A DNA stretch of 57,858 bases from assembly GCA_039591485.1 (NCBI GenBank), contig JBDHDN010000002.1:1-57858 (forward strand). Direction: 5' to 3'. This document shows, piece by piece, positions 35,309-43,746 of the stretch. Position 1 is the first letter of the stretch. Each line of letters starts with the position of its first letter. The notes beneath the pieces are model-generated. The model made no database searches. It had not been told where the DNA came from and saw only the letters and a program-made list of their open reading frames with translations. The DNA is from Gemmatimonadota bacterium (GTDB taxonomy: Bacteria; Gemmatimonadota; Gemmatimonadetes; Gemmatimonadales; GWC2-71-9). The position numbers were made by a program, and so were the translations under genes.

Positions 35309-36016
35309 CTAAGACGCTGCTCGCGATCGGCGGAGGATCCTGCCGAGAGGGCGGCGCAGCATGTCGACCGCGGCGCGCACGGTGCGCTTCGGGGTGAGGC
35401 GCTCGAGGTCGTCCGCAAACCGGTCGCGCATGTCAGGATGCGAGGATGCCCAGGCATGGAGCGTACGGCTCAGGCGCTCTCGCTCACGTCGGGTGAGCAC
35501 ACCGGTCTCGCTCCAGTGATCGATGGTCGCAATCCAGCGGCGCGCATCGGACGCCGATGCGAGTTGGCCGAGCGGCTGAGCGAGCCGACCTCCCCTCGCC
35601 TCGTGCTCCGCAAAGAAACGTTGTACCGAGGACGGGACCAGCAGGACGAGCGTCGCAACGCCCAGGCATAGAGCGGCCGCAACGACAGCCGGCAACACCG
35701 CCGGCTCGAACTCGGCAAGAAACAACAGCCAACTCGCTCCGGCTGCGTACCCGAGCGTGGCGGCCCAGCGTCGCCACGTGACGCCCGAGAAGAGGACCAC
35801 GCCGGCCAGCGCGCTCCCGGCCACGAGCACGATGGCACCCCGGGCCGGGCCGAACGGCGCGAGGGCACCCTCCTCGAAGTCGTACTCGAGCGTGGTCAGC
35901 ACGGTCACAAGCAGCACGGCCGCACCGGCGAAGGCGAGGGCCACCGCGCCCGCTGCAAGCCACCGTCCCCGTTCCACGATGGCGTCGTCGCTCCGGCTGC
36001 CGGGATTCTCGGTCAC
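35309..36016 (-). CDS. hypothetical membrane protein
   Basis: 235 aa. Four hydrophobic helices, then a soluble Arg-rich C-terminal domain. GTG start. Confidence 0.6.
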   Translation of the reverse strand: MTENPGSRSDDAIVERGRWLAAGAVALAFAGAAVLLVTVLTTLEYDFEEGALAPFGPARGAIVLVAGSALAGVVLFSGVTWRRWAATLGYAAGASWLLFLAEFEPAVLPAVVAAALCLGVATLVLLVPSSVQRFFAEHEARGGRLAQPLGQLASASDARRWIATIDHWSETGVLTRRERERLSRTLHAWASSHPDMRDRFADDLERLTPKRTVRAAVDMLRRPLGRILRRSRAAS

Positions 36017-36150
36017 ACCACCTCCTCACGGATCACATGATAGCACGAAGGCGACCGCCGCTGCACGGCGTACCCCAACAGATGCCGGAGCATGCCGCAG
36101 GGTTGCGAGCCGCGGCGAACCGAGTGGGGCAGCCGCCGACGCTCGCCATA

Positions 36151-36187
36151 TTGACAAGGTAGTATCTATATGATATCATAGCGATAC
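36151..36187 (+). promoter_or_regulatory. near-consensus promoter with overlapping AT-rich palindromic operator (SPFH-RHH operon)
   Basis: TTGACA (36151-36156), 17-nt spacer, TATCAT (36174-36179). Perfect 12-bp palindrome TATGATATCATA (36169-36180) within the imperfect 26-bp palindrome GTATC..GATAC (36162-36187). Confidence 0.55.
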
Positions 36188-36205
36188 CATATATGGGAGG
36201 CTTCG

Positions 36206-37075
36206 ATGATCAGAGAGAAGGAGCGGCCGGCGGCGTCGGGCTATGTCGCACTCGTGGGATTCCTGTTTGCACTGGCGATCGTGACGTGGTGGTTCATATC
36301 GGCCGTGCGTGCGGAGAATCCGTGGCAGATCATTGCCGCGTCAATGGCGGCGGTAGTCGTGTTCTTCCTGATGGCGGGGCTCTTCGTGGTCAACCCGAAC
36401 GAGGCGCGCGTGCTCCAGTTGTTCGGGAAGTATGTTGGCACCGCGCGGACGGCGGGACTCCGGTACGCCAATCCGTTCTACACCAAGAGCAAGCTCTCCG
36501 TCCGGGTGCGCAACTTCGAGACGGGGAAGCTCAAGGTGAACGACGTCAACGGCAATCCGATCGAGATCGCGGCCGTGGTCGTGTGGCGGGTGATCGACAC
36601 AGCCGAGGCGCTGTTCGAGGTGGACGACTACGAGGAATACGTCCACGTCCAGAGCGAGTCCGCGCTGCGGGGTCTTGCGACACGCTACGCCTACGATGCC
36701 CACGAAACGGAGCAGATGGCCCTCACCAGCCACACCGCCGAAATTGCGGACCAGCTGCTGACGGAGATCCAGGCGCGGCTGGACAAGGCCGGCGTGGAGG
36801 TCATGGAGGCACGGATCAGCCATCTCGCGTACGCGCCCGAGATCGCCCACGCGATGCTGCAGCGTCAGCAGGCGAGTGCGGTCATCGCCGCACGTCGCAA
36901 GATCGTCGACGGGGCAGTCGGCATGGTCGAGATGGCGCTGGAGCAGCTCTCGGAGAAGGCCATCATCACGCTCGACGAGGAGCGCCAGGCTTCGATGGTA
37001 AGCAACCTGCTCGTGGTGCTGTGCTCCGACCGGGGTACGCAGCCCGTCGTGAACACCGGCTCGCTGTACCAGTAG
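36206..37075 (+). CDS. SPFH/band 7 domain protein
   Basis: 289 aa. N-terminal TM helices, [16 protein letters not shown]..., [12 protein letters not shown]... GGGAGG RBS. Confidence 0.9.
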   Translation: MIREKERPAASGYVALVGFLFALAIVTWWFISAVRAENPWQIIAASMAAVVVFFLMAGLFVVNPNEARVLQLFGKYVGTARTAGLRYANPFYTKSKLSVRVRNFETGKLKVNDVNGNPIEIAAVVVWRVIDTAEALFEVDDYEEYVHVQSESALRGLATRYAYDAHETEQMALTSHTAEIADQLLTEIQARLDKAGVEVMEARISHLAYAPEIAHAMLQRQQASAVIAARRKIVDGAVGMVEMALEQLSEKAIITLDEERQASMVSNLLVVLCSDRGTQPVVNTGSLYQ

Positions 37076-37082
37076 GAGTGAC

Positions 37083-37262
37083 GTGCCCGAACGGAAGGCG
37101 TTTCTCCTGCGGCTCGATCCGAGGACCTATGACGCCCTCGAGCGATGGGCCCGCGACGACCTGCGCAGCGTGAACGGGCAGATCGAGTTCCTGCTGCGCC
37201 GGGTCTTGCAGCAGGAGGGCAGACTGCGGGACGACGCCCCATTGGAGGAGGGGGGCGACTGA
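37083..37262 (+). CDS. ribbon-helix-helix (Arc/CopG-like) DNA-binding protein; not in the ORF track (59 aa)
   Basis: AGGAG at 37074-37078, then GTG 37083. Encodes [59 protein letters not shown], with TGA at 37260-37262. Confidence 0.65.
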   Translation: MPERKAFLLRLDPRTYDALERWARDDLRSVNGQIEFLLRRVLQQEGRLRDDAPLEEGGD

Positions 37263-37275
37263 CGACGGAATCGTC

Positions 37276-37338
37276 GATCGGGGGATCGTGCGATCGTGGA
37301 CCGTGGGATCGGCGGCACGGTCCGACGATCCCCCGATC
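37276..37338. terminator. nested hairpin between convergent RHH and PadR genes
   Basis: 13-bp stem gatcgggggatcg (37276-37288) pairs with cgatcccccgatc (37326-37338). It encloses an 8-bp stem, ggaccgtg (37298-37305) with cacggtcc (37316-37323). Confidence 0.5.
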
Positions 37339-37872
37339 CTACGCCACCAGCTCTTCGATCTCCCCGACCGCGCGCTCGAGGATATTCCGCACCTTCTTCT
37401 GGCGTTCCTCGTCGTCGCGCAGTTTCCAGGTCGCGCGGTACGCCTGCGTCACCAGCCGTCCGACCAGCCGCGTCACCTCCGGCATCGGATCGCTCAGTAG
37501 ACTGTCGATCGTTTCCTCGACCCGATCGAAGATGTCCTCGACCGTCGACTTGTGCTCATCGAGGAACGCACGACCGGCATCCGTGATGTGGTACACCTTC
37601 TTGCCCTCCTGCTCCTCGCTGCGGACGAGGCCTTCATCCTCGAGCCACTGCAGTGTCGGATACACCGTGCCCGGCGAGGGCTTGTAGCAGCCCTGGGTGT
37701 GCTCCTCCAGGGCCTTCATCACCTCGTAGCCGTGCATCGGCTTGTCGCGCAACAGCTTGAGGATCACGTACTTCATGTCGCCCGGCTCGAACCACACGCG
37801 GCGGCGGCGACCCGCTTGACCGCGGAATCCCCAGAATTCGGGGCCGAAACCCCATTTCCATGTGTTGCTCAT
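37339..37872 (-). CDS. PadR family transcriptional regulator
   Basis: ...MKYVILKLLRDKPMHGYEVMKALEE...SPGTVYPTLQWLEDEGLV winged helix, plus a C-terminal helical domain. Confidence 0.9.
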   Translation of the reverse strand: MSNTWKWGFGPEFWGFRGQAGRRRRVWFEPGDMKYVILKLLRDKPMHGYEVMKALEEHTQGCYKPSPGTVYPTLQWLEDEGLVRSEEQEGKKVYHITDAGRAFLDEHKSTVEDIFDRVEETIDSLLSDPMPEVTRLVGRLVTQAYRATWKLRDDEERQKKVRNILERAVGEIEELVA

Positions 37873-37919
37873 TGCTCCATGCCTCCAAGGGTCTCCGATA
37901 CTACGGGATACATCGTCAG

Positions 37920-37940
37920 GATGTTACGTCACGTAATATC
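37920..37940. promoter_or_regulatory. 21-bp near-perfect palindrome in the PadR / M14 divergent region
   Basis: GATgTTACGTcACGTAAtATC (core TTACGT-C-ACGTAA at 37924-37936). Lies 48-68 nt upstream of the PadR start. Confidence 0.35.
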
Positions 37941-38065
37941 GCACATATCGCGGCGACGTCAAGATCCCGTTCCTCCTCGGAGCCGATCACTCGCGCAGAA
38001 TCCCGCCGAGACATAGGTTTCGCCCCGGTCAACCGGTACCTCGCCAAATCACACCAGGACCTCAG

Positions 38066-40807
38066 GTGATGCTGCGTTCCACTCGCATTCCGATGGTGCT
38101 CGCGTGTCTGCTCGTGGCCGCCGGATCGGCCCTCGCGCAAGAGACCTTCGACTTCTACGGACGCGGCCCGTACCGTGCCGCGGTCGCGCGCCCGGACGCC
38201 GTGCTCGGCTACACGGCCGGCACACGCCATACCCAGTACGCCGAGCAGCGCGCGGTTCTGGACTCGATGGTTGCGGCCGCCGGGGATCGAGTCCGCATCG
38301 AGGAGATCGGCATCACCGAGGAGGGCCGCGTGATGCGCGCGCTGATCATCTCGGCAGCCGAGAATATCTCGCGTATCGACGAGATCCGGTCCGACCTCGC
38401 ACGCCTGGCAGACGCGGTGGCGACGAGTCCGGAGGAGGCAGCGGCGATCGCCGCCCGGACCCCGACGGCTGTGATGCTCACCTTCTCGATCCACGGCAAC
38501 GAGCCGGCCGGATTCGAGGCGGCAATGTGGGTGGCGTATCAACTACTCGCGTCGGAGGAACCAGCGACCGTCCAGGCGTTGCGCGAGGCTGTGGTGATCC
38601 TCCTACCGTCCGGCAATCCCGATGGTCACGAACGGTTCGCGGTGTGGTCCAACTCGCTGGCGGTCGGTACGGACGAGCCGTTCGCCTACGAATGGAACGA
38701 GCCGTGGGGTATCTGGGGACGGTACGGCCACTATCGGTTCGACATGAACCGCGACTTCATCGCGCTGTCACAGAAACCGACGCGCGCGATGCTCCGCACA
38801 TTGATCCGCTGGCACCCCCAGGTCTACGTCGATCTGCACAGCACCACCGAGCAGTATTTCTTCCCGCCTCCGGCGGCTCCGGTGAACCCGAATCTCCCAC
38901 CGCACGCCGCGAAGTGGCTGGAGACGTTCGGACAGGGCAACGCCGCGGCATTCGACCGCTACGGCTGGCAGTACTACACCCGCGACGTCTTCGATCTCTT
39001 CTACGCGGGGTACTTCGATGCGGGGCCATCGCTGCACGGCGCCACCGGCATGACGTACGAATCGGACGGAGGCAAGACGCTGGCACGGCGTCGCGACGAT
39101 GGGACCGTCATCACGTTCGAGGAGGGTATCGCACATAACGTCGTGGCTGCGCTGGCGACGGTCGAGACCGCCGCGAGGAACCGCGAGGCCCGGCTCGTCG
39201 ATTACTACGCGTTTCACCGCACGGCGATCGAGGAAGCGCGGACCGGCCGCATGCGGCGCGTGATCGTGGTACCCGACGCTGACCCCACCAACGCCGCGCA
39301 GCTCGCGGTGCGGTTGCTGCGCCAGGGCGTCCGCGTGGCCCGCCTGCGGCAGCCCTACACCGCACCCGTCAATGACTACCTCGCGGGCGCCGATGCACCG
39401 CCCCGGAGACGGACCTTCCCTGCCGGGACGTACGTCATCGATCTCGCGCAATCGCAGGGTCGCATCGCCCGAGCGTTGCTCGAGCCGCGCACGGAGATGG
39501 ACACCGCATTCTTCCGGCGGCAGGTGGAGAAGTACGAGCGGAACAGGCGCCGGGGCCCTGCGGCGACCAGTGAGCGCTACGAGTTCTACGATCTGACGGC
39601 CTGGTCGCTGCCCCTCACGATGGGTCTCGACGCGTACTGGACCGCCGATGACGCCGGGCTCGCAACGGAGGCGCTCACACTGCCGGACACGGGCGACGCC
39701 GTCCGGGCACTCGCACCTCCCGGAGGTGTGTCGGGGCAGGCGCGCTCCGCCTACGTCTTCCCGAACGATCGCCAAGCCGCCGCCGAGCTCGCTCTCGCGC
39801 TGGCTGACGAAGGGTTCGTGCTCAATGTGAGCACGCTCCCGCTCAGGGCAGACGGCCATTCCTACCCCCGGGGCACGTTCGTTGTCCGCACGTCACGCAA
39901 TGCCGCCGGGCTGCACCCGCGGATCGCCGCCCTGGCGGCGGAGCTCGGCGTTCCCGTCACGGCAGTGCAGTCGGCGTTCCCCGACTCCGGACAGGTCGGC
40001 ATCGGTTCCAACGCCGTGGATCCCGTCTTCCCCCCTCGGATTCTCGTGGCGGCCGGCGAGGGGATCTCCATCACGAGCTACGGCGCGCTGTGGCACTTCC
40101 TGGAGCAGGAGCTGCATTATCCGTTCGTCCCCGTGGCGCTCGAGTCGGTCGGGCGGATGCATACCATCTCCGACTACAATGTCTTCATCGTCCCGAGCGG
40201 CAGCCCCTCCGCGATCCGTCGAGCACTCGGGTCAGGCGGGATCGAGCGACTCTCGCAGTGGGTGCGTGACGGAGGCGTGCTCATCGCGTACGACGGCGCC
40301 GCTCTCTTCCCCGGGCACGAGGACGTCAAGCTCAGTTCCGTGAAGGCGCTCGGCGATGAGGACGAGAAGGGAGACGCCAAGGATGCAGCGGACAGCCTGC
40401 CGTCCGCTCCCGAGTTGACACCTCCGCTGGCGTCGCCTGAAGCTGATCCGGACCGCCCCGAGTACGTACCGGGGTCCATCTTCCGAGCGACTCTCGATCT
40501 TACGCATTGGCTTACGATGGGATTCGAGCGACAGTCCCTTCCGGTCCTGGTGCGGGGCGGCACGAGACTCGCTCCCTCGACCCGTGGAGACAATCCCGTG
40601 GTATTCGTGGGTGACTCGCTGTTGCTCGCAGGCTTCGCTTGGCCCGGGAACACAGAGGAGACCCTTCGCAAGACCGTCTGGGCGGCTGCCGAACGGCAAG
40701 GCCGTGGCAACGTCATCGTCTTCGCCCACGATCCGCTGTACCGCGCGTTCTGGCGCGGACCGGCTCGCCTGCTCACGAACGCCATCCTGTTCGGCACGAG
40801 ACGGTGA
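38066..40807 (+). CDS. M14 family zinc carboxypeptidase, large multi-domain, secreted
   Basis: Signal MMLRSTRIPMVLACLLVAAGSALAQ. Zinc motif SIHGNEPAG. ...LPSGNPDGHERF. Confidence 0.85.
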   Translation: MMLRSTRIPMVLACLLVAAGSALAQETFDFYGRGPYRAAVARPDAVLGYTAGTRHTQYAEQRAVLDSMVAAAGDRVRIEEIGITEEGRVMRALIISAAENISRIDEIRSDLARLADAVATSPEEAAAIAARTPTAVMLTFSIHGNEPAGFEAAMWVAYQLLASEEPATVQALREAVVILLPSGNPDGHERFAVWSNSLAVGTDEPFAYEWNEPWGIWGRYGHYRFDMNRDFIALSQKPTRAMLRTLIRWHPQVYVDLHSTTEQYFFPPPAAPVNPNLPPHAAKWLETFGQGNAAAFDRYGWQYYTRDVFDLFYAGYFDAGPSLHGATGMTYESDGGKTLARRRDDGTVITFEEGIAHNVVAALATVETAARNREARLVDYYAFHRTAIEEARTGRMRRVIVVPDADPTNAAQLAVRLLRQGVRVARLRQPYTAPVNDYLAGADAPPRRRTFPAGTYVIDLAQSQGRIARALLEPRTEMDTAFFRRQVEKYERNRRRGPAATSERYEFYDLTAWSLPLTMGLDAYWTADDAGLATEALTLPDTGDAVRALAPPGGVSGQARSAYVFPNDRQAAAELALALADEGFVLNVSTLPLRADGHSYPRGTFVVRTSRNAAGLHPRIAALAAELGVPVTAVQSAFPDSGQVGIGSNAVDPVFPPRILVAAGEGISITSYGALWHFLEQELHYPFVPVALESVGRMHTISDYNVFIVPSGSPSAIRRALGSGGIERLSQWVRDGGVLIAYDGAALFPGHEDVKLSSVKALGDEDEKGDAKDAADSLPSAPELTPPLASPEADPDRPEYVPGSIFRATLDLTHWLTMGFERQSLPVLVRGGTRLAPSTRGDNPVVFVGDSLLLAGFAWPGNTEETLRKTVWAAAERQGRGNVIVFAHDPLYRAFWRGPARLLTNAILFGTRR

Positions 40808-40818
40808 GTCCATGACGA

Positions 40819-40851
40819 ACGGGGGCCGACGGCTCGGCCGCCGACCCCCGT
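40819..40851. terminator. imperfect GC-rich hairpin between convergent M14 and PDZ genes
   Basis: acgggggccgacggc ... gccgccgacccccgt (two mismatches). Confidence 0.3.
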
Positions 40852-40876
40852 CGCACGATCAGCGCCCGGGGCTCAG

Positions 40877-41962
40877 CTACTTACGGTACTCGTCGAACAG
40901 GAACCCGCGTTCCCGCTCCGGGACGGTCACCGAGAGGGTCTGCCGCCGCTTGTCACGCATGATCTCGATGCTCATCGTCTCGCCCGGCTCATAAGAGCGC
41001 ACGATCCGCAAGGCATGCGCGGGACTGGTCGGCTCACGGCCGTCGATACTCAGGATCACGTCTCCACCTTTGAGCTTGAAGTCGTCCCTTTCCGGTGCCT
41101 GCACGACCAGGAGACCGTCGGTCGTCCCGAAGTACGCGCCGAGATCGGGATTCAGCTCAGCGAGCTCCATGTCGAACCAGGGGAACGGCATCCATGACGA
41201 GAGCACGGTCGGCACGCCGCTGCGCACCCGCGCGACGTTCTCCGGCAGCTCTCGCTCAAGCGTCCAGGCCAGCTCCGGGCGCGTCACCCGGAAGTTGTAC
41301 GCTCCGGAGTCGCCGGCAAACGAGTAGGCAAAGGCCGCGGGCTCCATCTTTCGAACCACGACATCCGCCTTGCCCCGGGAGCCATCCCGGAGATACTCGA
41401 CGCTGAGCTTGTCCCCCTCTTCCAGCTCTCCGATGATCTCCACGAGCTTCTGGTTGGGTGAGTCGCCGCGTCGGTCGGAACGTCCCAGGGCCCGCCCGTT
41501 CGCACTCACGATGACGTCTCCGGCCTTGAGGCCTGCCTCGTCACCTGGGCCTCCCGGCGTTACCGCACTCAGCTTGGCACCGAGCGAGTCCCACTCACTT
41601 CGCCAGTCCGTATCCTCGAGCAGCACGCCCATCTTCGGACGATCTTCCGACACGAAGACGCTGAAATTCCCGGGCTCGACGACCCGGAGCCGCCCGAAGA
41701 GCTCTCGGTACTCGTCGGACCGCAGCTCCCGCTGCGCCAGCCGCAGTGCCTCGATTGCCTCGCGGAGCGCCCGGTTCGCCTCATCACCGCGGGACCGCCG
41801 AAGCTCCTCCCTCGCCTGTTGCAGTGCCTCCTCAGCTTCCGCAGCCCGGCGCTCTGCCGCCTGCAGGTCGGGCTGTTCCTTCTCCTGTGCCGCCGCCGAT
41901 CCCGACCAGGCGGGTACTAGCAGGAGCGCGAGGATCGCGAGATTCGATGCTAACCGTCGCAT
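40877..41962 (-). CDS. secreted coiled-coil plus double PDZ domain protein
   Basis: Signal MRRLASNLAILALLLVPAWSGSAAAQ. Two PDZ-like segments (GLKAGDVIVSANG; KLKGGDVILSIDG). AAGGAG RBS. Start at 41962 inside a longer ORF. Confidence 0.8.
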   Translation of the reverse strand: MRRLASNLAILALLLVPAWSGSAAAQEKEQPDLQAAERRAAEAEEALQQAREELRRSRGDEANRALREAIEALRLAQRELRSDEYRELFGRLRVVEPGNFSVFVSEDRPKMGVLLEDTDWRSEWDSLGAKLSAVTPGGPGDEAGLKAGDVIVSANGRALGRSDRRGDSPNQKLVEIIGELEEGDKLSVEYLRDGSRGKADVVVRKMEPAAFAYSFAGDSGAYNFRVTRPELAWTLERELPENVARVRSGVPTVLSSWMPFPWFDMELAELNPDLGAYFGTTDGLLVVQAPERDDFKLKGGDVILSIDGREPTSPAHALRIVRSYEPGETMSIEIMRDKRRQTLSVTVPERERGFLFDEYRK

Positions 41963-42024
41963 GATGTCACTCCTTCGAGAGCCGGCACGGACCGTCAAGG
42001 ACCGTCTCCGGACGTTGTTGTCCT

Positions 42025-42621
42025 TCAGTAGGCCACGTACGTCGCCTGCTGTACGTGCGTACTCACCAGGCGGTCCATCAGCATCACCCGCTCTCGCCAC
42101 AGATCGGCCATCGCGTCGGATGATGCCGAAACGGCCTGTGCGCGGGTGATGCCGAGATCGATCACGGCAATCCGGTCCTCGAGGTCGGCGATCGTCGCCG
42201 CCGTCATGCCGTTTACGACCCGACCGGGCCGCTGGAACGAACCCAGGAGCGCCTCCAGTTCCTGTGATTCTTCCACAAGGCCCGCCACTTCCCGCGCCGC
42301 CAAATCGTCCGCCGGCGTGCCGCCGGGAATCGCCTGCAGACCGACGATACCGACGAGCACCGCAGCTGCCGCCAGCCCCACCCACCGCACGCGCGACCAC
42401 GTCGTGCCGCGCCGCTCCACCTCGAGTGCCTTGCGAACCACTGGCCAGCGGTCGCGCGGCGGAGTCAGACTCGCGAGTGCCTTCAGGCCTGCCGTGCGCT
42501 GATACAACCGGTCCGACTCGGCCGCACACTCGGCACACCCGTCCACGTGCGTTCGCGTCGCCGTGCTGCCCTCACCATCCCTGAGGGCCAGCAGTTCCGA
42601 GATCGTGCAGTGCCTCAGCAT
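42025..42621 (-). CDS. anti-sigma factor (zf-HC2-like, single TM)
   Basis: N-terminal H-x3-C-x2-C (HVDGCAECAAE), central TM VGLAAAAVLVGIVGL. Overlaps the sigma factor stop by 7 nt. Confidence 0.75.
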   Translation of the reverse strand: MLRHCTISELLALRDGEGSTATRTHVDGCAECAAESDRLYQRTAGLKALASLTPPRDRWPVVRKALEVERRGTTWSRVRWVGLAAAAVLVGIVGLQAIPGGTPADDLAAREVAGLVEESQELEALLGSFQRPGRVVNGMTAATIADLEDRIAVIDLGITRAQAVSASSDAMADLWRERVMLMDRLVSTHVQQATYVAY

Positions 42622-43169
42622 CGATCCTCCTCCCCGCGGAGCAAGGCCCGCAACCGGGCGTGCGCACGCGACAACTGCGACTTGGAAAAGCTCACCGTCT
42701 TCCCCATCAACTCGGCGATCTCCTCGTGCGTGTATCCCTCAACGTCGTGCAGCCATACCACCGCTCGTGACGTCTCCGACAGCCGGGCCAGTGCCGCTTC
42801 TAGATCCAGCTGCAGACCGACGTCGCCATCCCGTGAGCCGGCCCATCCACCGTCCTCCGCAAGCGCCTCGGTATCGCGGTACTTCTCGTACCGAATCCGG
42901 ATCAGGGCCTTGCTGGCGGCCACTCGCTTGACCCAAGCCGTCAGACTGCCTGGCGCGGTCCCGCGGAACCGCCCGATCGACCGGCACACCTCCAGGAAGG
43001 TCTCCTGCAGGACATCCTCGGCCTCTTCGGGCATGCGGCAGATCCGCCGTGCGAGCGTGTACACCGTTCCCTCGTAGGCGCGGTACACCTGTTCGAGTGC
43101 CTCGAGGTCACCCGTCTTTGCCCGCCGGATTGCGAGCTCGTCCAGCGCCACCGCGGTCAGTTCAGCCAT
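42615..43169 (-). CDS. ECF-type RNA polymerase sigma-70 factor
   Basis: Region 2 (EDVLQETFLEV) and region 4 (VVWLHDVEGYTHEEIAELMGKTVSFSKSQLSRA). Start at 43169 (MAELTAV). Confidence 0.9.
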   Translation of the reverse strand: MAELTAVALDELAIRRAKTGDLEALEQVYRAYEGTVYTLARRICRMPEEAEDVLQETFLEVCRSIGRFRGTAPGSLTAWVKRVAASKALIRIRYEKYRDTEALAEDGGWAGSRDGDVGLQLDLEAALARLSETSRAVVWLHDVEGYTHEEIAELMGKTVSFSKSQLSRAHARLRALLRGEEDRC

Positions 43170-43432
43170 TGCCCGAATGTATAGATGCGCTCCATCGGCT
43201 GAGGGTCGCAGACCACCCGGCGACACGGGCCGACTGCCCGGTCCGGGGTCCGTCCATGGTGGTTGTCGACCGGGTGCAACGCCATGTTTCCTGGTCGGAA
43301 TGTCGGCCGCTATCCCGCGGATCAGCTGGCCGCCGCGTCACTGCCTACACGGGAGCGGCTTGCCTGGGCAGCAGCCGGGTGGCTGCGATCCGGCGCGCGT
43401 CCCCGGGGAATCCAGCGAACGCAGGAGGGAAC

Positions 43433-43708
43433 ATGAGTGCCGAGGTCGTGCACAACCCGGACGACCACCGCTTCGAGATCCAGGACGGCGGCGTGACCGC
43501 CGTGCTGGAATATCAGCTGGTCCCCGGACGGATCGTCTTCACCCACACCGGCGTGCCGAAGGACATGGAGGGTCGGGGCATCGGCGCGGCACTGGTACGG
43601 ACTGGGCTGGAGCATGCCAGGCGCCACGACCTCGCCGTGCGGCCGGTCTGCCCCTTCGTCGCAGCCTACATCGCGCGACATCCGGAATACGCCGATCTGG
43701 TGCGGTGA
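43433..43708 (+). CDS. GNAT-like small acetyltransferase (YjdJ-type)
   Basis: HRFEI..., FTHTGVPKDMEGRGIGAALV, VRPVCPFVAAYIARHPEY. AGGAGGG RBS. Confidence 0.8.
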   Translation: MSAEVVHNPDDHRFEIQDGGVTAVLEYQLVPGRIVFTHTGVPKDMEGRGIGAALVRTGLEHARRHDLAVRPVCPFVAAYIARHPEYADLVR

Positions 43709-43746
43709 GGTGCTGCCCGACCGGGCCGGTGCGGTGCGTGCGCCGC

